The notes: generated from the sequence alone by a model not told the origin. Positions 32,210-50,057 are shown, numbered from the stretch's first letter. The stretch: DNA of 64,000 bases from the human T2T-CHM13v2.0 reference genome, Homo sapiens (GCF_009914755.1 NC_060931.1), one strand, 5' to 3'. Numbers and translations are program-made.

Positions 32210-33200
32210 TTAATTCATTATGAAGGAAACGTTTATTGAATGACTGCTATATGCCAAATACCTAGGAAAAAGGGATTTACCATCAATTTAGAGAGACATA
32301 AATAATCAAAAAAATTACAATGTGGGTGGTGTGGGGGTTGAGGGGGTCTGTAAATACATGTGAAAGTGGAAGGGATTCAAAAAAAGATCTACAGAAAAGT
32401 TGACTCCTGAGCCGAGTTGTTGAGTAAAAACACAGTTAAGATTATTTTGAAATTAAGAAGAAGGCTATGGGGAGGGCAATAAGCTAATACAAATAGAATT
32501 GGGCAAGAGGATGCCCAGCTCACTCAGGAAATTGCAAGTAAGTCATAAAGCAAGGCACAAAGTGGTAAAGATGCGAGCCTAGTATTGTAATAAGGATTCA
32601 GAAAAAAGAAGTACAACATAAACCAAAGCATGCTAAGAAGTTTACATTTCATTTTAAAAGTTATAGGTAAGTATTTGAAAGAGAATTAAGATGAATTTGT
32701 CAATCTTAAAGATCAATCTAATGGAATAGAAGAAGACTAAAAGATGGGATGCAGGAAAAACAGTTGAGAACTTAACACAATCATTCAGGTATGAGACACG
32801 ACACCTGCATGAGAACTTTTTAAAAGAGAGGTTGATTATTCACCCAGCTAATATTTATTGAGCATTTACTTATTGTACGTGGCTAGGCATTGCTGCTTCA
32901 GTGCTGAAAGTCCTGATTCTACTGTTGCCTTCTGGGAGCATATAGTCCTTCATGGAACAGGAACAAATGCCATGTAATGAGTGCTTGCCAGATGCTAGGT
33001 ACTGTGCCGAATATGCATTTAATTCTAAACTCTAAATTATTTCTCAATTAATCCTCTACCATCCTGTGGGGCATGTGTTAGAATCCCCAGATAGTCAGAT
33101 GGGAAAAAAGAGGCCCAGAAAGTTGTAAGCGATTTGCCCAAATGACTAATGATTATACAGATGAGGCAAGCCTGGCTCTAATAAGGTCCTTACTTTTAAT
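32210..33200 (-). mobile_element. Decayed L2 and MIR fragments
   Basis: L2 terminal motifs (TTTATTGAATGACTGCTATATGCCA, TATTTATTGAGCATTTACT) and a MIR core (CAGATGGGAAAAAAGAGGCCCAGA...TTGCCCAA). Confidence 0.55.
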
Positions 33201-33539
33201 CACTGAGATCAGATTGAGAGGTACTTACATAAAATTTCTATCATTCAAGTTTCAGTCAGGTAAAGGGAGCCCATTCCACTCAACTAAATGAAGAATGACA
33301 ACTAGAATAAAAGGTGATTGAAGAGCAAGGAGGACAAAAAAATGAATGGGAAAAATCCCAGAGATCAGTAACTGCAGGAAATTATTACCACTCTTAGAGC
33401 TGGAGGTACAAAGAGAGGAGGAAACCTTGCCAAAGCTGTCCTCAGCTTTGTCCCGTCTTAGGAGGAAACAAAGAACATGCAGTCATTTCAAAAGACAAGG
33501 GAAGGGATCTTTCGCCTCAGTTTCTCTCTCTCTTTGTAT

Positions 33540-35870
33540 GTTGTTTATTTTGTTTTGTTTTAAGTTGTGATAAGAACCCTTAAGATGAGATCTACCCTAT
33601 TAACAAATTTTAAGTGCACAATACAGAATAGTTAACTATAGGCACGATGTTACACAACAATCCACTAGAATTTATTCATCTTGCATAACTGAAACTGAAA
33701 CTTCATAGCCATTAAACAGGACCTCCCCATTTCCCTCTCACCCCAGCCCTGGACAACCAGCATTCTACTCTCTGTTTCTATGAGTTTGACTATTTTGTAT
33801 ACCTCATATGAGTGGAATCATGTAGTATTTGTCCTTCTGTAACTGGTTCATTTCATTTAGCATAATGCCCCCCAGGTTAATCCATGTTGTCACATATTTC
33901 AGGATTTACTTTTTTATTAAAACTGAACAGGACTTCATTGTGTGTATTTGCCACATTTTTTCTATTCATCTTTCAATAGACATTTATGTGGTTTCCATAT
34001 CTTGGCTATTTTGAATATTAGTGTAATAAACATGGAAATACAAATATCTCTTCAAAATCCTGATTTCAATTCTTTTGGCTATATAACCAGAAGTGGCATT
34101 TCTGAGACATATGATAGTTCTATTTTTAATTTTGAGAAACGTCTCTACTATCTTTCATAGCAGCTGCACCATTTTACATTCCCAACAATAGTGTACAAAG
34201 ACTCCAATTTTCCAAATCTTTGCCAATATTTATCTTTTTTATTCCTCTTTTGGATAGTGGTCATCTTAAAGGGTGTAAGCTGGTATCTCATCATGGTTTT
34301 AATTTGCATTTCCCTGATGATTAGTGACACTGAGCATCTTTTAATATACCTGTGAGCTATTTGTTTGTCTCCTTTGAAGCAATGACTATTCAAGTCTTTT
34401 GCCTATTTTTAAATCAGGTTATTTGTGTCTTTGCTGTTGAATTGTGGACATTCCTTACATATATATATATGGGTATTAACCCCTTGTGAGATATGTAGTT
34501 TGCAAATATTTTCTACCATTCTGTTGGGTGCCTTCAAACTCTGTTGGTTGTCTCTATTGCTGTACAAAGCTTTTTAGTTTGATGTGGTACCACTTGTCTA
34601 CTTTTTATTTTTGTTGTTTGTGATTTTAGTGTCATATACAAAAAAATCATTGCCAGGACCAATGTCAGGAAGATTCCCCCATGTATTCTTTTATGACTCT
34701 TACTGTTTTCAATCTTATGGTTAAATCTTTAATAATTTTGCATCTTTTTATGTATGGTATAAGATAAGGTTCTAATTTCATTACATTGCGTGTTATATTC
34801 AGTTTTCCAAACACCATTTGTTGTAGAGACTATTCTTTCCCTATTGTGTTTATTTTTTATACTCTTTTGAAAGATCAGTTAACTGTACCTGTGTGCAATT
34901 TTTCTATGCACTATTCTGTTCCATTCAACACTCTTTTATGATAAAAACTCTTAACTGGTATAGAAAGAATTTACCTCCATATAATAAAGATCACACATGA
35001 AAAGCCCACAACTAACATCATACTCAACAGTGAAAAACTGAAAGCTTTTCCTTTAAGATTAGGAGCAGGTAAGGGTGGTCACTCCCACCACTTCTATTCA
35101 ACGAGGTCCTAGCCAGGGTAAAGAGGCAAGAAAAAGAAGTAAATGACATCCAAATTAAAAATGAAGAAATTAAATCATCTGTGTTTGCAAAAGACATAAT
35201 TTTATATGTAGAAAACCCTAAGGATGCTGCCTGCACACACACACACATGCACACACACACATGCACACACAGACACACACACACACAACTGGTAGAATAA
35301 ACAATTCAGTAAACATATAGCTACAAAATTGATATTCGAAAATAAGTTGTGTTTCTATACACACTAACAATGAAATGTCAACAAAAAACTTTAAAAAATT
35401 CCATATACAATAGCATTAAAAATAATAAAGTATCTAGGGATAACCAGGACTTATACACTGAAAACCATATAACATTTATTAAAGTAATTTTAAAAGACAC
35501 AAATACATAGAAAGACATCCTGTCTTCATGGATTAGAAGACTTTAATGTCATTAAAATGTCCATATATGTCAAAGCCATCTCCTGATTCAATACAATCCC
35601 TATCAAAATATCAATGTACATTTTTATAAAAATATAAAAGATAAATCCTACCATTCATATGGAACCACAAAAAAACCCAAATAGCCAGAGCGATCTTGAA
35701 AAAAAATAATAACAAAGCTGGAGGGATTACACTTCCTGGAAAAAAATATGTGTGTGTGCATGTGCCTATGTGTGTATATATATATATACATATGTGCGTG
35801 TGTACATATATATATATATGTATATCTCATAATGGGTTACAAAATTATAGTAGTTAAAGCAGTATGGTTC
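33540..35870 (-). mobile_element. L1MA9/10-like element with 5' inversion (3' part on minus strand ~33540-34925; inverted part on plus strand ~34926-35870)
   Basis: The antisense part ends at CTATTCTGTTCCATT. The sense part runs from ATTCAACA...ATGATAAAAACTC to ACAAAATTATAGTAGTTAAAGCAGTATGG. Confidence 0.85.
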
Positions 35871-38800
35871 TCCTCTTCTAACTCTAGTCCTTGACTCTAT
35901 TCCGCTACAATGTTTCCCAATGGCTGAACATAACCCAAAGGCAGAAGTGAGCTGCTAAGAGAAGCAAGGAAAGGAGTATGCAAAATTGTCCCTCCACCTC
36001 TCCGAGGTAGAAATTGTATGCTCCTACATGGAGCTTGAACTTTATCTATAGATGTTTTTGAAGTATTAAGTTTTCTAAAATAGTGAATGGTAGGTTAAGA
36101 TCTGTCTTTTAACTAGATCACATTCCAATTGTAGTGTGGTTAATAAAACTGAAGAAAGCAAGACTGAAATTCGAGAAGCCAGCTAGAAGGCTGCATTTGT
36201 TTAGAGAGTACTCAGGTGCCATAGTGATACCATTAACACAGAAAGGGAACAGGTGTGCAGGAGCATATTAGGCTAAGAAGAAAAAGTCGTGGGTTTGGAA
36301 AATACTAAGTTTAAGGTGTTTCAAAGCGGACCTGAAGAGTAGAGAATCTGTAGCTCAAAAGTGGTCAGAAGGGAATGTTTATCTTTGAAAACTATTGATG
36401 AATATACAAAGTAGTTGAGGTCATTGGCGTGGTTGAGACAATTTAGAGTGAAAACAGAAATATAATGTCAAGATGTTCCCAGAATTTTATCATTGATTCT
36501 AACAAGTGTAGGAAGTAATAATTTTCTTCATAACATTTTGTAAAAATACAGTGTCTATGGATCAATGAGTATAGAGCAGTAGAAGAAAACCAAGTGGTCT
36601 GCGAAGGGCCCTCTTTTGTCCATTTAGTGCCTCTAAGAGGCAGTGAGCTAAGTAAAGGCAGGAAGCCCAAAGAAAGGATAAATAATTTGCAACCTTTCTA
36701 AACAGAGAGAGGGTAACATCAAATATGAAGAATATGTGAAATATCTCTCCTAAAAATCAATTCTACTTTGAAATATCAAATTTTAATGTTTCAATAGATT
36801 TTAATTTCTATAGAAATAGACTAGATAATGTGGTGCTTTGTCCTGTAGATAATAAGCATGTTCTCTAGACGTAGAGATGTTTTCATTCATATCCTGAAAG
36901 AATAGGTTAACACAAAGTCAAGATTTCAATCCAAGAAATTATATATAGATATAAACATTTGTTAATGTATGCACATATGAATATATACCATTAAAAAAGT
37001 TTGCCTAGAACAATAATATCTACTGATTTTAAATACCCCACAATAATATGAAGCAAACAGGTGATGCAAAATGTTATAATGGGAACATTTCTCAGTCCTA
37101 GAACATTTTAAATATCACAAAAAAGTAACACCTGAAAATTCATGGAAACAATGTAGAGAGTTATGTATTTATGAGTGGAAACCAGGGACTTAAATGATTA
37201 CTTGATGAATCACAGAACATTTTAAAAATAACTGGGAAATCATGGGCTGAAGAAAACACCCTTCCCAACACAGCAATTTTAAAATACACTAATATGCAAG
37301 TTATTTATACATATTCACCCATACACATATTTTAAGAACTATTCAATATCCTAAAAGCAATCACAAAATCAGTCTTCAGCTTAATCCTCATCTGCATTTT
37401 AATGATTTCAAAATATAGCCATGTTACAGAGTTTGAGGTTGCATATTGCTGCATTACTAGTTTCATAGCACTGTGGCCTTCCATCTTGGTAGCAATAAAT
37501 TCTAGTAAATAGAGCCATTAACAGCATTTTATAGGGTCAAATGGAGCTATGGTACTATAAGTGTGGTGCTAAGTAAAATTTGAAGGATACTGTGTTACAC
37601 TCAACTATTTATTAAAGCATTAAAATCAGGTCTTCTCAGGGATGTTTTGATTGTTTTTCATGATCTATTCTCTCTTTGACAGTTCTTGCTTTTATGTAGC
37701 AATTTGGGGGAAAAATGATTACCTAAGGTTTAACAAAGTTTGAAGTTTGCATTAAAATATGAGCTTTATAAAAGTATACACCTCACTAGAAGTAATTAAA
37801 ACTAGTTTAAAACTATTCATGACCATACTTACACATGTCTATATTGTATTAAAATTTGAATAAATGTTATAATGATTTTGAACATGCACAACATATGGAG
37901 CATCTTTAATTAATAAAATTCAGTAAAACTGCAAGTCTTTAGTTCTTCAAGAATGCGTCAAAAATCAGTTTTGTAATAAAATGCAATGCCAATATAATAT
38001 TACCATCCTTTAGTTCTAAAAATTGTTCTTTGCTCAATTTTTAGGCATCTTTTTAGGTTGTAAAAACTTACTATAATAAATTTTATTACATATATGTAAT
38101 TGTAATCTATAACCATAAAAATGAAAAACTTGTATAGATTTCAATTTTCTATTTTGTATTAAGCTTCAAAAAAGAAATTATTTTTAAAATTATGAAATAC
38201 ATTATTATATTTTAAATATCTTACAATGTCAGTTAACATAATTTGGAAGGATACTAGTGCTGAAAATAACTCTCATATTGTACCAGTAAGTGATATGCTG
38301 TACATTAGCAGTGATATGGAAAATTATTTTAATTTGCTGATAAGCCAATATTTTATACAGGCAAAATGTGTTTATTTTAATGCAAATAAAAATAATTGAG
38401 TTAAATTTTATACACATGATTTTATAGATATTATTAATTGAGATGAGGATGAAGTAGGAATTTAAGTTTTAAAAGGTGAGTGGATCTAAAACAACGTTGA
38501 GTAAGTAATACCACGGGTGGCATGTGGTGGACCACACCCCCTATCTCCTTTATAATTACACTAATTAGAATATAACTGAGTACACAAATAATATGAATGC
38601 ATTTTATAATTAATTTTTTAAGAAAAATATTACACACTACCTTAATCAATAAGCTCAAAACAAGCAAAACTAACAATAGCCAAATAGATGCATATCCTTG
38701 CCCTTTCTAGAAATAAAAGGAAAGGCATATTGTCTTAACTCAAATCACCTATGCAATTTTTATTAATAAGAGTGAGTGCTTATTTTTAATAAATTTTGAT

Positions 38801-39423
38801 AAAATCGTTCCTATATTAATTTCCTTACTAAATGAAAGTTTTAAATAATGTGAGCATTTTATAAATCTTACTTCCCATATTTTTATGTTTTGTTCTGATA
38901 CCTTTGCATGCCTCTTCTTACATAAACCTTTCAAAAATGGTTTCATAATTTACATGCATTTATTCTTTAATGTATTTCTTGAGCATAATGATTTGGGTTA
39001 TGCTTACATTTTTGATGTGTATTCTCTCCAAAACAAATGCAAGACAAAAAATTCAATAGGTAGCTTAAAGCAATTGTCTTGTGTATTCCATGAAACTTTT
39101 CCCCATGAATCCTAGAAAAATATAAGAAAATTTAAAAAGTATATTGCTGTTTTTTATTCTCTTTTGGAGGATTTATAATGAGATATGCTTTCATTAAGAT
39201 GTCTCTCAGGAAGTGCTAGCTTTTTAGTAACCATAAATTTTGATAACTCATCCCTATGTAGTGGAATTTAATTGATTTTTCATGTAAATAAAATGTTCTC
39301 CTTTTTGAAGTCTGTAAAAGTAGAAACTTTGTATGAGTGCTCTTTCATGTATCTATCTATGAAGTTTGCCCTAAGATCTTTTGGCCTTCATTACCAGGTA
39401 AAAATCTTCTTAGTTGCGTAAGT

Positions 39424-41277
<1,854 letters not shown>

Positions 41278-41614
41278 AAGTTATATTTTCATGTGTCAAG
41301 GATATGAAAAAAATAACAAGTTATTTGGCAATTTCCCAAATATTCAAAATCCAACCATATAAATTATTTATTAGGAAAGCCCTAGTCTCTTTTTTCCCTC
41401 CTTCAGAATTGTAGCCATTTTGTGTATGACACTTCATAACAATGAAGAGAGAGAAGCAGAGAGATGAAATAAAAACCTTAATCATATTATTTGCACACTG
41501 ATTGACATAGAACTTAACTAAACTTTCCAAAACTAAAATAAAGTACTTGAATGTGAAATTTCTATGTACGGGCTATCCATAGCCTCTTTTAGGATACCAA
41601 TTGAAATTTTACTA

Positions 41615-42305
41615 CAGCTAATTAAAATTGCAATGAGATACCACCACAACCTATTAGAATGGCTTTAAAAATAAAATAATGACCATATCAAGTACTAGTG
41701 ACAATACAGAGCAACTGGAGCCCTCATACGTCATTGAGGGGAATGCACACTGGAGCAATCGCTTTGGAAAATAATTTTTCAGTCTTTTATGACATTAAAT
41801 GTTCACTTACCATATGACCCAGAAATTCTATTCCTAGCTGTTTAACAAATTAGAAATAAAAATTTATTCACACAAAACATTACGTGAATGTGTATACCAT
41901 AGTACCTCAACTTAGTTACAATTAAGCATACCAATAAGCATCAAATTATGGAATACTAATTGGCAATAAAAAGAAATGAGCAAATGATCCACCAGTAATG
42001 TAGATATCAAATGTACCATGTTAAGTAAAAGAAGCCAGCCTCAGAAGGATACATGCTACATGGTTTAGTTCATATGACATTCTAGAAAACCAATCTGTAG
42101 GAATAAGACACAAATCAATGGTGTCCATAGGTTGAGAATGGAAGGTAAGATTGTATATAAGGGAAGGGGAAATTTGGGGCCATGATGAAACTCTATTTTT
42201 TGATTATTGTGCTGAGTTCACAACCGCATATATTGTCAAAACTTTCAGAAACTGCGCACTTTAAAATGTTGAATTTTGCTGTGTATAAATTGTACAATAA
42301 TAAAA
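41615..42305 (+). mobile_element. Old L1M (MC/MD/ME) 3' end
   Basis: CAATGAGATACCAC...GAGCAACTGGAGCCCTCATAC...TTACCATATGACCCAG. Confidence 0.75.
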
Positions 42306-43902
42306 ATATGGAAACATTGTCCTATGATATAACAGATAGGAAAATTTCTATCATCTTGTCTAAAATTAAGAAAATGCTCAATGAATTGGATTTCCTAAAA
42401 TTAAATTAGGGTCATGGAGGTTTAGCATTGCCTGGATCCATCAGATATGAAGATTTCCAGTGTTTCAATACAAATAATGGTCTCCTAACACATGGGAACT
42501 AATCTTTTGTGTGTGTGGAATCACTTACATTTTACTCCATAGCATCAACTACATGAACTCTAAGTGGAACTTGCAAAGAAAATAAGGACTGGCAGTATAT
42601 TTTAGATCAAAACTGTCTTACAGGATTTGCTTCTCTGTGTTTCCACAGAATCTGACACATATTTTAGAATGCTTAGAATTTTAGAATGCTTTACATCATG
42701 AACCATTATCATTCACTTCAGAAATAAATGTTCAGTATTTTTACCTGCAACATGGAAGCTAACGCAATATGTTAAGTGATATGCCATTAAATAAATTGAC
42801 ATCGATTTGAATGTTAAACTTTATGGAATAGTGGCCATATTTATATCAGCGCCTATGTTTGTGAGGAAATTGATTCATTCCTGTCAGGGGAACCTAAAGC
42901 AGTCACTGAGTTTATTATTATGAACTTGCTACAAAACGTTTCTGTGGCTATCCTGGAGCAGGACAAGGCATTGTAGAGCACACCATGTGGTCTTCCAATG
43001 GACCATATGATCCTTGCATTTTCAAATTTAATATTGAGTAAGCAAAGCATTTTACAGCTGAAATATCAACTGAGATAATGTAGCTAAGATATATCAACAT
43101 CTATATTTACTGGAATTTTTAGTTAGTTTAATTCCCACAGTGACATTCTTTCACAATTATAAGACTTTTCACTATTGTTCCAAATCACAGTATAATCAAA
43201 GGAAAGCAAAAATTCTTTTTTTACCTTGATGCCAATTTGCTCCCATGATTATTATAATTTTTTGCACATTATTTATATGCTACTTTTGCAGTGAGCTTTT
43301 ATCTACACATTAATGTTATAAAAAATATTAAATTAAAATAGAGGAAGTTAAACTGGACTCCACACTTACGAGGTGGCATTTCTATGAATACACTAGCCTT
43401 GGGAGGGCATAATACTGTACTGTTACAGCCTCTATTATTTTCTTAGCCACATTGTCAGGCTCACCAGGCTAAAGTGTGCACTTTCTCTAATATATGCAAT
43501 TTCCTTCAATATCTCCATTTAGATCTCCAATAAGTATTTAAAACTTTACATACCTAAGACTGAACTGTGGACTTACCACCCCAAAACCTGCTTGTCCTCT
43601 AGCAGCCTGCACCTCAAGTTAAAAGCAGATAGATCACTGACTTTCTACTTCCTCTGTTATCCCACATTAAATCCATCCGTGAATCCCTTCAGCTTTACCT
43701 TCAAAATATATTCTAAATCCCACAATATCTACCATTACTATTAAATCCCAGTCATCACCATCTTTCACCTGAATACTGCAACAACCAAATGGCATTCTCA
43801 CTCCCTCAGTAGCCTTTCTAAAGTCTATTCTCCACGAGAGAGTCCTGATTTTTAAATAGAAATTATTTCACAGAATGCTACATTTTGTATCTTCCAAAAA
43901 AT

Positions 43903-44110
43903 GTCCAGCTCAGGGGACCATGAGAATGTGGCTGTCAGATCCCCAAAGGCAGGGAATGTAACTGACTGCTACTGCCCCTGCAGCCACCCTTGGAATCCAT
44001 CACTCTTCAATGCTTTTTATACTTTCTAGGTATAGAAAGTTTCTAGGTATGGGAACTTTTCTAGTATAGATTCAGCATAGCAGAGATACTGAGGCAGACT
44101 CATTCCTAGA
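43903..44110 (+). mobile_element. LTR33-like ERVL fragment
   Basis: GAGAATGTGGCTGTCAGATCCCC...AACTGACTG...TGGAATCCATCAC resembles recalled LTR33. Confidence 0.45.
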
Positions 44111-44111
44111 G

Positions 44112-46445
44112 CCTACAAAAACCATCAGTAGCATCATACTCAATTGCGAAGAACTGAAGGCTTTCCCTTAAGATTTGAAAAAAGACAAGGGTGTGTACTC
44201 ACAACCTCTTCAACATTGCATTGAAGGTCATAGTTCTGGGAAATAATACAAGAGAAAGAAATAAAAGGCATGATAATTGGAAAGACGTATGTAAAACTGT
44301 CTTTATTTACAGATAACATGGAAGTTTATGTAGAAAATCTGAAGTAACCTAGAAAATGTTACAAGATCTAAACAATTAACTTAGCAATTCCACAGGATAC
44401 AAGTTCAGTGTACAGAATCGATTGTATTTCTATATTTCAGCAACAAAAAATAGGAAATTAATTTTTAAAGAAAACTACCATTTAAATCACATTAAAATGA
44501 AAAATCTTAGGGATACATTGACAAAATATGATCAAAACATGTAAAGTAAAATACACAAAATATTTTGGAGAAAAATTTTAAAAGGCACAAAGAAATGGAA
44601 AGATATAACCAAACATGAATCAAAGATTCAATATTATTAAATGGTAGTCCTTCCCAAAATTGATTGTAAATTCAACAAATACCAATTAAAATCACTCTTT
44701 TTTTTGTACAAACTCACAAACTAATTAAGATTTTATGTGTACATGCAATGGATCTAAACTAAATCAAACAATTATAACAACAACAAAGGTGGAGGATTTA
44801 TACTATATAATTTTAAAACTTACTATAAAGCTACAATAATCTAGACAATGTAGTTTGATGTAACAAATGCATAGATCCATAGAACAGAAGAAGGAATTCA
44901 TAAATAAACCTCCACATACATGACCAACTAATTTTCAACAAAGTGCTAAGGTGGCTCAATGGTCAAAGAATAATTTTTTCAAACTGTAGTGGTGAAACAA
45001 TTGGGTATCCATATGCAAAGATACAAAGATTGACCTTTACCACAGATTATGTTCCAAAATTAACTCCAAATAGATTGAGGACATAAAAATAGCAGGAAAA
45101 ACATTACATCTTCTAAAATAGAACACTTGAAAAATCCAAGTGGCTTTGAATGGGCAAGAATTTATTAAGTAAGATATAAAAAGTAAATTAAACTTTATCA
45201 AAATGTAAAATTGTGTGCTTCAAAAATCACTGTTAAGAAAATGAACAAGTCAGAGAATGGGAGAAAGTATTTGAAAACTACATATCCAGGAAAGGACTTA
45301 TATCCTAAATATATAAACACAGTCAAACCTCCATATTCATAGGTTCTGCATATGTGGAGTCAATCAACCACAGTTTGAAAATACTAAAAATAAATAAATA
45401 CATTAAAATAGCAATACAACAATAAAAAAGCATAACAATGATTTACATACCGTTTGCATTGTTTTAGATATTATGAGTAATATAGAAATGGTTTAAAGTA
45501 TGTGGAAAGATGTACATATTTTGTATGTCTATATTATGCCATTTTGCATAAGGCACTCGATTATCCACAGATTTTGGCATCAGTGAGGAGTCCTGGAATG
45601 ACTATAATCCTTATCATGCAGTAATAAAAATGCACAGAGCCCAAAATTTAAAATGTTGAATTAAAGAGACTTTTCACCAGAGAATACATACAAATGGCAA
45701 ACACATAAAAAGATATGTAATATTATTAGTCATTAGGGAAATGTAAATCCAAGAAATAGTAAATGCTATAATGTGTATACCAGAATGACCAAAATTAAAA
45801 TAACTGACAAAACCAACTTTGGAAAATGATGTGATACAACTGAAACGCTCATACATAGTAAGTTAAAATGCAAAATGGTAGTTACTTTGGGAAAGATTGT
45901 GAGTTTCTTGTAATGTTAAGCAATTACATATCTTATGTCCCAGAAATTCCATTTCTAGGTTTTTAACCCAAAAGAAAAATACATTTTTATACAAAAATGT
46001 GACATGATACACATAAAAACACTATTTTTAGTACCCCGAAACGGAAAAAAACTAATGTCCACCAACTGATATATGTGTGAACAAGTTGTGGTATATGTAA
46101 ACAATGAAATACTACTCATCAGTAAAAAGAACAAACTGCTAATAGATGCAACAACATGAATGAACTTCAAAAGTATTCAAAGTGAAAGAAGCCAGATGAA
46201 AACACTACAAACTATATGATTGAATTTCTTAAAATTATAGAAAAGGCAAAGATATACTGATACAAAGCAGATTAGTGCTTGCCAAGGTGGATGGGAGGAA
46301 GAACTTTTGAGGAAATAAAAATGTTCTATGTTATGATTGCAATGATGATTACACAGCAGTTCGCGTTTGGCAAAATCATTGAATAATGTCCCCAAAACTG
46401 GTAAATTTTAGTTTTATAAATTATATCCCAATAAAGCTGACAAAC
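44112..46445 (+). mobile_element. Old L1M ORF2/3'UTR interrupted by MER2
   Basis: CATCATACTCAATTGCGAAGAACTGAAGGCTTTCCC...ATAATCTAGACAATGTAG..., then a 3'UTR ending CAATAAAGCTG. Confidence 0.8.
45320..45604. mobile_element. MER2/MER2B (TcMar-Tigger)
   Basis: CAGTCAAACCTCCATATTCATAGGTTCTGCAT...ATCCACAGATTTTGGCATC...TCCTGGAA. Confidence 0.75.
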
Positions 46446-46454
46446 CAAAACAAA

Positions 46455-48020
<1,566 letters not shown>

Positions 48021-49680
48021 AATTTAATCTTGAGCTAGGCCTGAAATAATACATTGCTGCTATAATGATACAGTTGCAAAGGTTTTCGAGTAGAGGGCTT
48101 TGCATGTGCTTTATAGTCTGCTGAGACCACATATGGTCACACTTACTTAATGTGGGAGGTAACATAAAGCAGTCTCATATATGATAAGATTTTCCTAATA
48201 GTCTGATCAGAGAAAGACCCATATTTGAACCATGTGGATAATTTTTTGTTCAAAAAATCAACATAATACACACATATGGTGACACATATAACACAACTAA
48301 TTGTCCTATGACTAAACACAGTTGAAACTAAATCAGAGAACCCACGTTATTTCTTTATCAATCCTTTCTTCTGTTATTCACTTAACTTCTGTTCTAAGAA
48401 AACAGAAGCAGAGCCCTACGTGAAATATGTCCAGAAATTGCACCACAAACATCCATTTTTGTGAATATAAATAAAAATCAGAAGCAAACTAAATTAAATT
48501 TCTCATTCTACTTATGGCATTTCTCTCATTTTGGCTTCTAAGTGGTTCTCTTTAGATCCATGCAGATACATTTAAGCACTGATGATGCAAGACAGCATTT
48601 ATTTTCATGACTGCCCTATCAAATTTAACAATCAGGCAGTAACAAGAGGCTATATATTTTCATGGCATTCTTTCAGGAAATTGAAATATAATAACTTTGA
48701 ATCATGACCTTATTTTCAAGGTCAGATATGCAGTTCATGAAAACAGCATATTTATGGTTCTATAATAGAAGAGCTGATGTTATGCAGAAAACAATTCTCT
48801 GTAGAATTTTATAAGAAACATTTATTTGATAAAGTCAGGGTTGGGTGCCAAGTGATTTAAAGAACAGCCTATTGTTTGATATACAGCCTCAGTGGGATGA
48901 TCACAGTTGCTATTTGGGCAACACCAGTCATGTTCTTTTTTCTGATTATCTAAAATTGTTATTAATTGTATTTGGTATTGATTTAAATGTCTATCACGCT
49001 TAAAAGACAGAGTTAATACACTCTACCCTCATTATATGCCTTCAAAAGTCCTACACTTTGATTATAATAAGTAGGTTGTATTATGTTAAGGATAATTATC
49101 ATTGACAAGTTAACATGTTTAGAAGCCAATAAAAAAAACAGTGGGTTTATATAATTATAAATGATCTAAAAGAAAGAAAACATGAAAATATGTGGTCTTT
49201 AATTAAACAACTTTTATTTACTGAGCTTTAATAATGAAAAAGAATTACAGATTCTGAGTTTTTTTATTCTAAAAGACTTTATCTTGTGTCATTAATGAAA
49301 TATATTTGCTAACCATGTTAAATTTACTCATTGCTTATTGTGTTTTTATATTTAACACGATGATGGTATATACAAAATATCATTTAGGAAAAATATCATG
49401 CTTAGTTATAAGATGTCCACATATTTTATTTCATCTTGCATGGAAATAGTAAAAACAAATAATAAATTACCATTATGTTATCCATATTCCAAATTACATA
49501 AGTATATAAAATGTCTCTAGTACTAATTATATGACAGTTATTAAATTTGTTTCCTCTTTTGATCCCATCAAAAGGACATAAACTAGAAATCTGAGGGTTT
49601 CTAAAGTTTAGGATTTGCGTAACTCTGGTTCATAGAGAAATGTCATTGTAAAATAACTTATCCACATACATTGCAGTTAC

Positions 49681-49734
49681 CTCATACAGGAAAAAATTAA
49701 AAGCACAACCACATAGATGCTAAAAATCCAAAAA
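49681..49734 (-). ncRNA. Candidate exon (54 nt)
   Basis: Branch-like TACTAAT at 49762-49768 (minus), acceptor tattattctttacag| and donor GAG|gtaact. Confidence 0.35.
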
Positions 49735-50020
49735 CTGTAAAGAATAATAGATATTTTTCTTATTAGTAAAATCAGTAAACTTAGTACTTTCAAGTTAGGA
49801 ATACTTGAAATATATTCTCCAGTCTCTTCTATTGTGTCTCTACAATTCTTACTAAAAAATGATTTGTAGTCTATGAATTTATTGAAATTTGAGATTAAAC
49901 TCAACCACTTTTGTTCATCAGTCACATAGATGGAAATTTGGAAATCAGACTGCAGAAGCTATACCCCAAAGTTACATAAACTGTAACGAATTGGGAGAAA
50001 GAGAAGAAAATGGCACATAC

Positions 50021-50057
50021 CAGAATCTATGCCAGTTCTACTTACTTTATTCTGGGT
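50021..50057 (-). ncRNA. Candidate exon (37 nt)
   Basis: Acceptor ttttttatttag| and donor CTG|gtatgt; alternative internal donor AAA|gtaagt. Confidence 0.35.

Noticed and set aside
49677-49925. 82-aa ORF with a hydrophobic C-terminus
   Set aside because: It starts at GTG, I recognise no homology, and T-rich strands give hydrophobic peptides by chance. Kept only as part of the splice-signal cluster.
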